This document shows positions 35,867 to 44,948 of a DNA stretch of 55,594 bases, in pieces (positions within the stretch are counted from its first letter, which is position 1; each line of letters opens with the position of its first letter). Origin of the DNA: a virus (lineage: Duplodnaviria; Caudoviricetes); IMG/VR virus record IMGVR_UViG_3300006863_000002, positions 1-55,594 of that record, one strand, 5' to 3'. Under the pieces are notes generated by a model that had not been told where the DNA came from, made no database searches, and worked only from the letters and a program-made list of their open reading frames with translations. Made by a program: the position numbers and the translations under genes.

Positions 35867-36463
35867 CTATTGCGGCAACAAAACTCGAACAGGGCGCTGG
35901 TGCTGCCCCGCACGATACTCATTCACCATATATGTTCCCTCTGGCGAATGTTCATAATACGCCCCTTGCGTAAAGGGCGCAATTCGATAGTTCTGGTCTG
36001 TGTAGGAATGCAGGACATTCCCTAAACCCGGAAGGCTTTGCACAGGTGGCACGACGTGCCGCATCGAACTAAGTTCCGCGTAAGACATCCCAGGTGCAGC
36101 AACATGCTGCGCGTAATCTGCCTGCTGCCGCAAATAATAATCTCGCATCGCAGCCAAATCTTCCGAAGAAAAGTAGCGCTGGGTAATTGGCTCTTGATCT
36201 CCGATATACGTGCCGTATGCCGCGCGCACGTTAGCTGGCATGAGTGTGTTGAAGAGGTTTTCTGTCCGTGACGGCGTGCCGTAAAGAGCATTCATTTGCT
36301 CGCGTTCTTGCTGACCGTAAAGCACATTCTCACCCGGAGTAACTTGCGCCTCCGGGTGAAGAGCATAAAACTCTTTTTCCATGGTTTTGAAATCTGGCAT
36401 CGGCGCGGGAGGGCCAATCGACACTCCCCCGCTTACACCACTTGGCCATTTCCGGTCAGGCAT
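35867..36463 (-). CDS. Hypothetical protein (198 aa)
   Basis: GAGG RBS; in the head operon. Confidence 0.65.
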   Translation of the reverse strand: MPDRKWPSGVSGGVSIGPPAPMPDFKTMEKEFYALHPEAQVTPGENVLYGQQEREQMNALYGTPSRTENLFNTLMPANVRAAYGTYIGDQEPITQRYFSSEDLAAMRDYYLRQQADYAQHVAAPGMSYAELSSMRHVVPPVQSLPGLGNVLHSYTDQNYRIAPFTQGAYYEHSPEGTYMVNEYRAGQHQRPVRVLLPQ

Positions 36464-36473
36464 TTTTCAATCC

Positions 36474-37919
36474 TCAATACGGCCACGGATTTGTAGCATA
36501 ATACTGCTGGTATTCGCGGCCACGTTCGGCTTCATTGCCACCTGTCAGCCTATCCAGCATTTCCGTGATCTGGTAGTTCAAGTTGGGTTCCCAGCCTGCA
36601 CTGCCGTATTCATCTGGACGACGTGGAGGCATCGGGGCACCCTGACTAGCAGATGCCTTGCCTTTACCCGATTTCTGCGTAGCTTTCGTGGACGCAGGCA
36701 TATTACGCATCTCGTCCATTCTGCCGCCACCACTGCCTCCTTGGCCAAAATTATAATACATATTTGACGGGGGAACCTGACTTACAAGATCAGATGGCAT
36801 CACCGGACTTTGAAGCACTGCCGCCGGCAAAGCAGAACTGCCCGACAAAGGCGTGGACGGAAACTGTCTGCGCCCTTCCAAGTATCCCAATCCTGCCGCA
36901 GCTGCCGCAACTCGCGGATCAAAACGCATTCCCGTAGGCGACACGGCCATGCCTTGAGCGTTTGGTGTATAAGCACCACCCTGCATCGTGAAGTTCGGAC
37001 GATAACCCATGCCATAAGGGATCTGGCCCTGCGGCGGAACTTCCGAAAACTCACCTTCCATCAGCGTCGGGCGCATTCCACGGCCAGATGCGGGACCAAC
37101 CTCACGCCCAGCCGCCCCACCTTGCGGACCAACTGCCTCATAACGCAAGCCGCCCTGACGATATGGCGTGATGGCCGAACCCATTTCCTCTGGCGTATAT
37201 TCGCCATACATTCCGCGAGACGCGCCTGTGCCCATGCGTCCACGACGGTAAGCGTCCATCATGTTCTGGTCGAACTTGTTCATCGGCGTAGGACCGCCCA
37301 TCGTGCGCTGCGATCCAACCGGAGCATAATGTTCAAAATCCGTGACAGCCATCTCCGGCGCATAACCCTGCATACCAAACCGCCCCGTCGAAAGGCCGAC
37401 TTGGTTCTGCTGGAAAGGCGTCATCGGACGCATCGACGTGCCCATCTCCGGCGGGACATTGCGATAATACGGCGCAGCCGGTGCAGCCTGTGCGGCAGGC
37501 AATTCACGAACCGGCGGGGCAGGCAACGCACGCATTCCGCCCGGACCTTCGATCGCCCGGACAGGAGCCTCACCTTGCGCGGGAGAAAAGCGAGTTGCCG
37601 TGAACGGACGAGCCGCACGAACACCACTCAACCCAAGATCAAGCATATACGGGTCAAGACGCTCATTTTCGAGCATCATGCCGCGCCCGAACTCTTCCGG
37701 GTATGCCGCACGAAGAGCCTGCAGCCGACGAATTTCTTCTTCGCCCTGCCGCATACGCTCACCATAGCGCTGGCCAACGGGCGTGCCCATATCCGCACCG
37801 CCCAATTCCGCACCAAGCCCGCTTAACACATTGTAAGCACGCTGCAGCGGAGCGATGTCACCGATAAACGGGTTTTCCTGACCAGCCCGAAAGGCTTCTT
37901 GTTTTGTGCGGCGAGCCAT
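36474..37919 (-). CDS. Low-complexity G/P/M/R-rich protein (481 aa), possibly virion-internal
   Basis: AAGGAG RBS directly after the portal gene. Confidence 0.7.
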   Translation of the reverse strand: MARRTKQEAFRAGQENPFIGDIAPLQRAYNVLSGLGAELGGADMGTPVGQRYGERMRQGEEEIRRLQALRAAYPEEFGRGMMLENERLDPYMLDLGLSGVRAARPFTATRFSPAQGEAPVRAIEGPGGMRALPAPPVRELPAAQAAPAAPYYRNVPPEMGTSMRPMTPFQQNQVGLSTGRFGMQGYAPEMAVTDFEHYAPVGSQRTMGGPTPMNKFDQNMMDAYRRGRMGTGASRGMYGEYTPEEMGSAITPYRQGGLRYEAVGPQGGAAGREVGPASGRGMRPTLMEGEFSEVPPQGQIPYGMGYRPNFTMQGGAYTPNAQGMAVSPTGMRFDPRVAAAAAGLGYLEGRRQFPSTPLSGSSALPAAVLQSPVMPSDLVSQVPPSNMYYNFGQGGSGGGRMDEMRNMPASTKATQKSGKGKASASQGAPMPPRRPDEYGSAGWEPNLNYQITEMLDRLTGGNEAERGREYQQYYATNPWPY

Positions 37920-37920
37920 A

Positions 37921-40122
37921 TCAAATCTCCTTCGTAACGCGGGCCATCATTCCGGGCATTTCCGGGTGCGGCGCATAAGCATGTCCATCTTCTCCACGAA
38001 ACGCGCCTTCTGGCATTTCGTGATCTTCGAGCGGCAAAGACATCTGCCGCCCCGGCATCTGATCTTGGTGCCCTTCGTAGGTATCGCTGATCGGAACTTC
38101 CGTGCTTTCCTGCACAGCCTGATCCGTGACCTCTGCGTTTTGTTGCGCTGAAAGCCCAACATTCTTGAGCAGAATATCGAGGCGCTTCGTGATCGCGTCG
38201 TAAACCTCGACTTCGCGCTTTTCCAGACGAGCCTGAGACTTGCCCTTTTCTTTGGCCAATTCGTCCATCGTGGCCTGCAAGGCTTGCTGCAACTGCTGCG
38301 CCTGCTGGGCAAGCATCTGCTCGTTTTGTGACGGGCCTTGGCCCAACGCCTGCGGAGGCACCATGCGCTTCAAGCGTTCCGCTGCCTCTTCTGCCATCGG
38401 GAAATCGCCCGCACGGAACATAATGTCTCCGATGATGCTGGTCAACGCGGGGTTCTGCGTAAGGATTAGCGTTAGGGCGTTAAACGCTTCCTCACGTCTC
38501 GTCGCATATCCCGGCCCAACGTCCGCCATAACTTCATACTTGCCGATCGCAGGATTCAAAACCCGCGCAACGACTTCGTTATTCTCATTCACTTCCAGCG
38601 CATGAGCCTGCTGGAGTTGCGGGTCCAGCTTAACCTCAAGGCTTTCATTGTTCTCAGCCAAAATCATCACGATACGATTTGTGTCGTAAACTTTCGGCAC
38701 GAGATCAAGAATAATCTTGCCAACCTGACGAATTGCAAGCGCCAGATTGTCGATGAAATGATAAGTCGCACGGTCGCCTTGGCGCTGCCGTTCTGCAATC
38801 GCCTTCCCTGTGCGCTCATTTCCTTGCTGTCCAAGTTGATTTTCGTATTGCCCCGAAACCATCTGCATTTCAACATTCGCCACTTCCATGCCTTTCAGCG
38901 CGACCGGCGATGGAACAGGTGGCTCAATACGAGCAGGTGGAGTAAGAGGCTTACCATCATCTCCGACAGATTTATAAGGCAAATACGCGTGATTTTGACG
39001 ATTGGCCGTCGCCCAGTATTCCTCAAAGCCTTCTACGCTTTCCACTCCAACAATCCATGGAGTTTTGGACTGCAAGGCTCCGTATTCTACTGCAGCTGAA
39101 GCCCAATAGTTATACATGCGCTGTGGGTCTTTGAGGGCTCTCGTGTGGCCCTTGCGGTCCATGCGCCCTTCAATAATTGTCTCTTCACCAATAACTGGGA
39201 TAATCGGAATGGTCTTGCCAATCCAGATTTTTTCTTCTTCCGCGACAACGTGGTTGCCAACGATGAAATGATAATGGATCGTGCGGCGAGTCACGGCACG
39301 TTTACGTGTCTGCGGATCATCAAAGATCGGGCTTTTCGCATCGACTTTCCGCAGATCAGACGCCATAAGCGTCATAGGCTGACCATCCGGCCCATCGAAC
39401 ATCAACAATTCATCGTCAACGTCCTCTGCCTCAAAATATTCCGCGACCCTTACATGGTCCTCATCAAACCAGCCCTTTTCGCCAATCAAAATTTCCCGTC
39501 CAGCATACTGCTTGTATTGCGGGTATTTCTGATCGAAAACCTCTTTCGGCATGTCCTCGAAAATAAACGCAAAACGTGCGTCCTCTTTCGCAGGAGCCTT
39601 CGCATCAGGGTCCATATAAACCGTCAGCGGGTCCGCGATGCTTGTAATATAAATTTCCTGATCGAAAGAATTTTCATCCACGTAGTCTGTATTCACACGC
39701 AGATAACCAATTCCAGCTTCAACCTGATAAGTCGTCGCGTAGTCATAATGCGCCGCCGCGTTTGACTGGTATTCGATATGCCGCGCAAGGCCATCCCAAA
39801 TCCGCGCGCTTTCCGCAGTCGCGCCATTTCCCGCCGCGCGATATTTAATGCTCGGCTTATTCATCTTCGCATCGTTAATGATGTTTAGATTATGCTGGCG
39901 GGTTTTGTTGATTGTGAGGGCAGGGCGCTCGTCACGCTGCCGATCGTTCCACATGCGAGTCGGCCACTGATATTTATTGTCAGCGTCCGCATTCGCAAAC
40001 CGAATATCATCCATGAAAAGGCGTCGTGCATAAGACTCCCAAGCCTCGCAGCGTCTAAAACGCTCCTGCGCCCGCCGTAAAATCTTCTGGAACTTTTCGG
40101 AGTCTACTGCCTGACGTGCCAT
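37921..40122 (-). CDS. Portal protein (P22-like)
   Basis: RPALTINK, GIGYLRV, IPIIPVIG, LKDPQRMYNY, TGKAIAERQRQGD, GPGYATRREEA. Confidence 0.92.
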   Translation of the reverse strand: MARQAVDSEKFQKILRRAQERFRRCEAWESYARRLFMDDIRFANADADNKYQWPTRMWNDRQRDERPALTINKTRQHNLNIINDAKMNKPSIKYRAAGNGATAESARIWDGLARHIEYQSNAAAHYDYATTYQVEAGIGYLRVNTDYVDENSFDQEIYITSIADPLTVYMDPDAKAPAKEDARFAFIFEDMPKEVFDQKYPQYKQYAGREILIGEKGWFDEDHVRVAEYFEAEDVDDELLMFDGPDGQPMTLMASDLRKVDAKSPIFDDPQTRKRAVTRRTIHYHFIVGNHVVAEEEKIWIGKTIPIIPVIGEETIIEGRMDRKGHTRALKDPQRMYNYWASAAVEYGALQSKTPWIVGVESVEGFEEYWATANRQNHAYLPYKSVGDDGKPLTPPARIEPPVPSPVALKGMEVANVEMQMVSGQYENQLGQQGNERTGKAIAERQRQGDRATYHFIDNLALAIRQVGKIILDLVPKVYDTNRIVMILAENNESLEVKLDPQLQQAHALEVNENNEVVARVLNPAIGKYEVMADVGPGYATRREEAFNALTLILTQNPALTSIIGDIMFRAGDFPMAEEAAERLKRMVPPQALGQGPSQNEQMLAQQAQQLQQALQATMDELAKEKGKSQARLEKREVEVYDAITKRLDILLKNVGLSAQQNAEVTDQAVQESTEVPISDTYEGHQDQMPGRQMSLPLEDHEMPEGAFRGEDGHAYAPHPEMPGMMARVTKEI

Positions 40123-41486
40123 TATCCCATCCATCCCAGACTATCAGTAAAATCTTGTAACTTGCCCAAAAGGCCGTTTTGCCTTTTAAGCGCTCCTGCG
40201 ATCTTTCTCGTGCGGGCGTCCGTCGCTCCCTCATTTGAAGCAATCGCCATGTAACGAAAAGCGTCCGCCGCGTGAGACGACCAGTCATGCACGGGCTCAT
40301 TGCTCAAAGTTTCAGTCTTATCATTTTCCGCATAATGATAATGGCGAAGAGCGTGCAGCAGGCCCTTTTCACATCTTGCCGCGTCAAACCAGCAAGTCGG
40401 AAAAATCGAACGCGCCGCGATGATCCCGTCAAACTTGCTCAACCTCGGAACAATGCGAACTTGAAAACCCGCGTCCCGCATTTGCTCTTCGATAGACTTT
40501 TTTGATCCAAGGGTTTTAGCCCGCGCGTCATGGGGAAGCCAGCAATTCCCATATTCATACAGCTCCCCGCTCGTCCCTCGGCGCGACCTTAAAACGTGAA
40601 TGTAGTGATCCAGTCCCTTGAGTCTGTTCTCGTAAAAGTCAATAACTCGTCTTTGCATTCCGACGTATTGCTCGAAGATAATTGACGTGCTGTCAGACCG
40701 GCCAAGATCGAAATATAGATTAACAGGAGAACTAGTATGATGCTGAACAGCCGTGACACGACCCTCTTCAGCGCAGTCACGAAGTTCTTCGGCATAAACC
40801 GCGCCCTCCAGACTTTTCCTGCACTCCCCTTCCCACACATGCAAATAAGCGTCGCGGTCACGGGCTTTAAGGTCCAGCATTTCCTGCTTTAAGACTTGCG
40901 GGAACCACGGGTTATCACGCCACGAAATCTTCTGCACAACCGCATTCGCAGGCGGGTGCAGCACAAACCGCACATACGTATCGTCGCTTTCAAGTTCCGG
41001 GTTAAACGACGCCCAGATCTCCGAATTTTCCTTACGGATCGTGGGAATAAGGACTTCCCAAGAGCTTTTCGTGACCTTGTTCGCCTCTTCCACCCAGCAA
41101 ATGTCCACACCTTCATATGACTTAATCTTCGTGACATTGTTTCGGATGCCTTCAAAAGAAAACTCCGAACCCGTCGCGGGGCAAAAAATACGCGCTTGCT
41201 CAATCTGATAAAAACCAGTCAACCCTAAAAGTTCAATCTGGTCACTTAAAACCTTATGCACGGAGTCTCGAATTGAGTTCTGAAACTCACGCGCACACAA
41301 AATACGAAGGGGGCGTTTCGCCGCCAGAATAACAAGCGCCCTCGCAATGCCCCATGACTTCGCCCCTCCGCGACCGCCATACAGCACACGATAGCGAACA
41401 GGCATTCCGTTGACTTGCGGCCAGAACAAGCATTGCAGCTTCTCTGGCCACTCAACAACCTTCGCATTTTGTGTGGTTAAGTCCAT
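40122..41486 (-). CDS. terL: Terminase large subunit (PBSX/Terminase_3 family)
   Basis: YGGRGGAKS, CAREFQNSI, WVEEA, SFNP, HDWSSHAADAFRY. Confidence 0.95.
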   Translation of the reverse strand: MDLTTQNAKVVEWPEKLQCLFWPQVNGMPVRYRVLYGGRGGAKSWGIARALVILAAKRPLRILCAREFQNSIRDSVHKVLSDQIELLGLTGFYQIEQARIFCPATGSEFSFEGIRNNVTKIKSYEGVDICWVEEANKVTKSSWEVLIPTIRKENSEIWASFNPELESDDTYVRFVLHPPANAVVQKISWRDNPWFPQVLKQEMLDLKARDRDAYLHVWEGECRKSLEGAVYAEELRDCAEEGRVTAVQHHTSSPVNLYFDLGRSDSTSIIFEQYVGMQRRVIDFYENRLKGLDHYIHVLRSRRGTSGELYEYGNCWLPHDARAKTLGSKKSIEEQMRDAGFQVRIVPRLSKFDGIIAARSIFPTCWFDAARCEKGLLHALRHYHYAENDKTETLSNEPVHDWSSHAADAFRYMAIASNEGATDARTRKIAGALKRQNGLLGKLQDFTDSLGWMG

Positions 41487-41509
41487 CCTATACTCAATCC
41501 ATAATGGGC

Positions 41510-41677
41510 TTACTTCTTTTTGCCGACCTTGGCATTGTAAGCAGCTAGACCCTTCTTGTCCATCGCCTTGTCTTTGGCGGAACCTTCTTTGATGCCCTTT
41601 TTCTTGAGCGCTGCGTCCTTTTTCTTATCCATCGGAGAGCGTTCCCACTCCGCCATCGTCATCTTGCCCTTCGCCAT
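41510..41677 (-). CDS. Small Lys-rich protein (55 aa)
   Basis: MAKGKMTMAEWERSPMDKKKD...; GGAGG RBS; TGATG coupling. Confidence 0.65.
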   Translation of the reverse strand: MAKGKMTMAEWERSPMDKKKDAALKKKGIKEGSAKDKAMDKKGLAAYNAKVGKKK

Positions 41678-41850
41678 CACACGCCTCCAAGTTTCTTGCT
41701 GGCTTTCAAATTCTTCAGCTCTTTCTGCTGAGTCTTTTCCGAAATTCCAGAATTATTCGCTTTCGCCTTCATGAGTTTACCCATGTCGTGATGCACTGAC
41801 ATCACATGGCTTTCACGATCCGGGCGTTTATGGTCGCAGCACTTTTTCAT
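41677..41850 (-). CDS. Small basic protein
   Basis: AAGGA RBS; MKKCCDHK... Confidence 0.55.
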   Translation of the reverse strand: MKKCCDHKRPDRESHVMSVHHDMGKLMKAKANNSGISEKTQQKELKNLKASKKLGGV

Positions 41851-41851
41851 A

Positions 41852-42082
41852 TCAATCGTCCTTTCTGCTTCTATCATACAACTTAAATCCGATCTGGAGT
41901 ATCAAGTAAATACAGCCCAAAATCGGCGCAAGTAACGCTGCGATGTCTGACACAGGCTTTACCGCTGTAATCCACATCGGAGACGAAATCATACTCGCCG
42001 CAACAATCGCCCCAGCCTTTTCCGCAGTCGTCGTGAATACCGAATTAAAAAGCTCCGGGAGTGAGGCATCATGTCTAAGCAT
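41852..42082 (-). CDS. Small membrane protein (holin-like)
   Basis: Two hydrophobic segments and a basic C-terminus. Confidence 0.6.
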   Translation of the reverse strand: MLRHDASLPELFNSVFTTTAEKAGAIVAASMISSPMWITAVKPVSDIAALLAPILGCIYLILQIGFKLYDRSRKDD

Positions 42083-42098
42083 TACACTACCCTTTGAA

Positions 42099-44846
42099 TT
42101 AACCGAAAACCTGATACCATTGATTGACGGTGCTTCCGCCCTTCATCAGCACAAACGCATAGACGGTATTTGCCGCCATCACGATGTTTGCACTCGTGCG
42201 CGTTTTAATGACGTTCGCAGCCACTGTGCTGGCGCTATACTGAAGCGTCACTGCAGCGGCGCTCGCGTTATACAAAAATATCATCTGCCCTGGCTTACCG
42301 CCCGTAAATCCTGACAGCGTAGTCGCTACCGAAGCTGCGGTAAAGTTAAAGACATTTCCGTTCGCCACACTAAACGAGTATACGCCACCCGGAAGAGTTA
42401 CATCTATCGACTGTGCATACGAAAACATGCCATACATATTGGCGTTATCGTCAGTCAGTGCGCGACGTTCAGGCTGACGCAGTTCGACGCCCGCGATCAA
42501 CATGGGTTCTGAGAACCACATCTGACCCGTTGCGGCGGTGTTAGCTGAATTTTGTCGAAGCGTAATAGACAAATCAGTCGCCGCAGCCTCAACTTTACAA
42601 ATGGCCGTCAACAACTCCCAATTACCGCTGCCAGTATATGAGTTATTGCCGTATTGTGCGCCGCCGCCAAAAATTTTAAGATTGCCAATCGCCGCCGTGG
42701 CTTTACACCAGACCGCAGCAACAACTGTTTTCCCCCTGAAATCTTCAATCTTTACCTGATTGGCTGAATTATTATTTGCGTTGGCAGACGCAACAAAACA
42801 GGTCAAACTTGTTGTTTGCGCGGCAATCGTAACTGTCGCAGAAGCATACGCGCCGCGTGTTGTTGTTGTATCTTGCGACCAAACGGGGGCAGTCAAGCCG
42901 TTTTGGGACCAGTTGACCGGAACGGCTGCGCCATAAGCATCCGTCCCCCACAGTTTGAATGCGCTATTAGGGATAAGATTTAGCGCGGATGTATTGGTTG
43001 CTGGATACGGGTAGTTAAATCCAACAGGTAGGAACTTAACATTATTCGCCCACCCTTCGTCCAAAATTTTACTATACATATTGTCTGGAATTGGACTTCC
43101 TTGGAAGTGCAGACTGTCGATAAGGCAAGAAAAAGATGTTGACGTAAACCAAAAAAGATATGTGGGTATTCTTAATTCATAATATGGCTCGTGAACTCTA
43201 ATGTTTGTGCCACCAATTTTATAAGCGGCTGTTGGCGTTGCAATAGTGTTATCTGGGTCGCAATCGCCCCCATAAAAACTATTATTTGTTCCGTTAATTT
43301 CGTATAATATGTCAAATCGTCCGCTGACTATTACGTTTCTAAACGAATTGGCATTTGTGCTGGGAAAGCCGCCATCGTTGAACACCCCGCGCAGCGCGTT
43401 TGCGCCCGTGATAGTCGTATTTGCTATATTAACATTATCAACCTTTGCGTAATACGCTCCCGCAACCGGGATAGCGTATGTTAATGGAACAATCGTGCTT
43501 TGAGTGCCTGAGCCAAGTCGAAGCGATACACCGCTAAATCCCCTAATATAAATAGAAGTCAGCACGGGCTCAGCGCCAAGAACAAGAATGCCATCTTGCG
43601 CTGCGCCGTTATTAGTTAATGTAAATCCGCTCCATGTAGCTCCACGGTATGACACGCACACCATAGCCGTGCCTGTGCCAGTATAAACAAGCTCCGTTAA
43701 TATACCGACTGTGGCTCCCGGTCCGCCCGGATTTGACCCCTGAACAGATACGCTGCGGAAATCAAGTGTCTGAGAATATAGATATTTTCCTCCGGGGATA
43801 AATAAAATTGTCTCTCCGGCAACCGTCCCACAGAATGCTATTGCATTTTGGAATGCCGTATTATCGTCAGTTGCGCCATCGCCCTTGGCACCAAACCATC
43901 TGACGTTTATTGCGCCGGAATATTGACGAATCCAAGCCGATGAACCGTCGCCGCCGGTTGGCACAATCACCGTTCCGCCGTTATCAACATAAGTGCCTAC
44001 CGCTGCGCCAGTCACGCCCCAAAATATACCGCCGCCGCCATCCCCATTCGTATAATATCCGTGAACAGCCGCAGTTTGCGTAGAAGAAACCGGCGTCACC
44101 AATCGCAAAGCCGCAATATTCGCAAGCTGCAGCGTGCCTAATTCCGCCAACGCACCTTCAACATTGGTCGAGGTAAAGAAGTTGCCGCTATCCGTAAGTG
44201 CAATATATTGCGCCTGCACAAGTTCACGTTTCCAGCGATTTCCAACCGCATCGACAATGACCGTCGTGCCGTTATCAGGCGTTGTATGATCCGCTGCGTC
44301 TAAATAGAAAAGGCCACCGCCGTCACCCTGCACAGTATTATACACGAGCGCCATAATCGCAGGACTTTGCGCCGCAGGGGTCGCCCACAATCTTAACGCA
44401 GCAATATTGGTCTGTGTTTCAATGAAATTCGCTGCAAATCCAGATGCGATCGAGTCAATCTGAATCCATTGTTTTGGCTGCACGCCGATGTAATAGCTTG
44501 AAATTCCCGCAGCCTGCGTGACGCCGATATTGCCGGGAATAGGACCTGCGCCCGCCGAGATTGTCGAGTCACCTTCCGCGAAAACCACGATCGGAACCGC
44601 AGTCTGGTTCGCAATAAACAGCAAGCGCCCCGGCAGGGCTTGCGGAATTGACAAACTCGCATTCGCCACACTCGCCGTCGTGACTTGCGTAATCGTCTCA
44701 ACAACTTTATGAGAATTATTGACGTTACCGCCCGGAGTCGCAGACACATTTGACTGGATCGACCAAGTAGGATTGCCAAACTTGTCGTTCAGTTCTGTTC
44801 CGTCAATAAGACGGTAGCCATCGACGAAACTATGCGGCTGTGTCAT
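42099..44846 (-). CDS. Tailspike/fibre with pectate-lyase-like beta-helix and carbohydrate-binding-like domain
   Basis: GDGGGG repeats, INVRWFGAKGDGATDDNTAFQNAI, NLIPNSAF..W. Confidence 0.82.
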   Translation of the reverse strand: MTQPHSFVDGYRLIDGTELNDKFGNPTWSIQSNVSATPGGNVNNSHKVVETITQVTTASVANASLSIPQALPGRLLFIANQTAVPIVVFAEGDSTISAGAGPIPGNIGVTQAAGISSYYIGVQPKQWIQIDSIASGFAANFIETQTNIAALRLWATPAAQSPAIMALVYNTVQGDGGGLFYLDAADHTTPDNGTTVIVDAVGNRWKRELVQAQYIALTDSGNFFTSTNVEGALAELGTLQLANIAALRLVTPVSSTQTAAVHGYYTNGDGGGGIFWGVTGAAVGTYVDNGGTVIVPTGGDGSSAWIRQYSGAINVRWFGAKGDGATDDNTAFQNAIAFCGTVAGETILFIPGGKYLYSQTLDFRSVSVQGSNPGGPGATVGILTELVYTGTGTAMVCVSYRGATWSGFTLTNNGAAQDGILVLGAEPVLTSIYIRGFSGVSLRLGSGTQSTIVPLTYAIPVAGAYYAKVDNVNIANTTITGANALRGVFNDGGFPSTNANSFRNVIVSGRFDILYEINGTNNSFYGGDCDPDNTIATPTAAYKIGGTNIRVHEPYYELRIPTYLFWFTSTSFSCLIDSLHFQGSPIPDNMYSKILDEGWANNVKFLPVGFNYPYPATNTSALNLIPNSAFKLWGTDAYGAAVPVNWSQNGLTAPVWSQDTTTTRGAYASATVTIAAQTTSLTCFVASANANNNSANQVKIEDFRGKTVVAAVWCKATAAIGNLKIFGGGAQYGNNSYTGSGNWELLTAICKVEAAATDLSITLRQNSANTAATGQMWFSEPMLIAGVELRQPERRALTDDNANMYGMFSYAQSIDVTLPGGVYSFSVANGNVFNFTAASVATTLSGFTGGKPGQMIFLYNASAAAVTLQYSASTVAANVIKTRTSANIVMAANTVYAFVLMKGGSTVNQWYQVFG

Positions 44847-44948
44847 TTACCGGACTCCAATTATCGCCTCTATGGGCTTTTGCTCACCATACCATATAAG
44901 GCTTTTAATTCTTTGTAAATTTGCCACGCCCACCCAATAACCAGCCTT

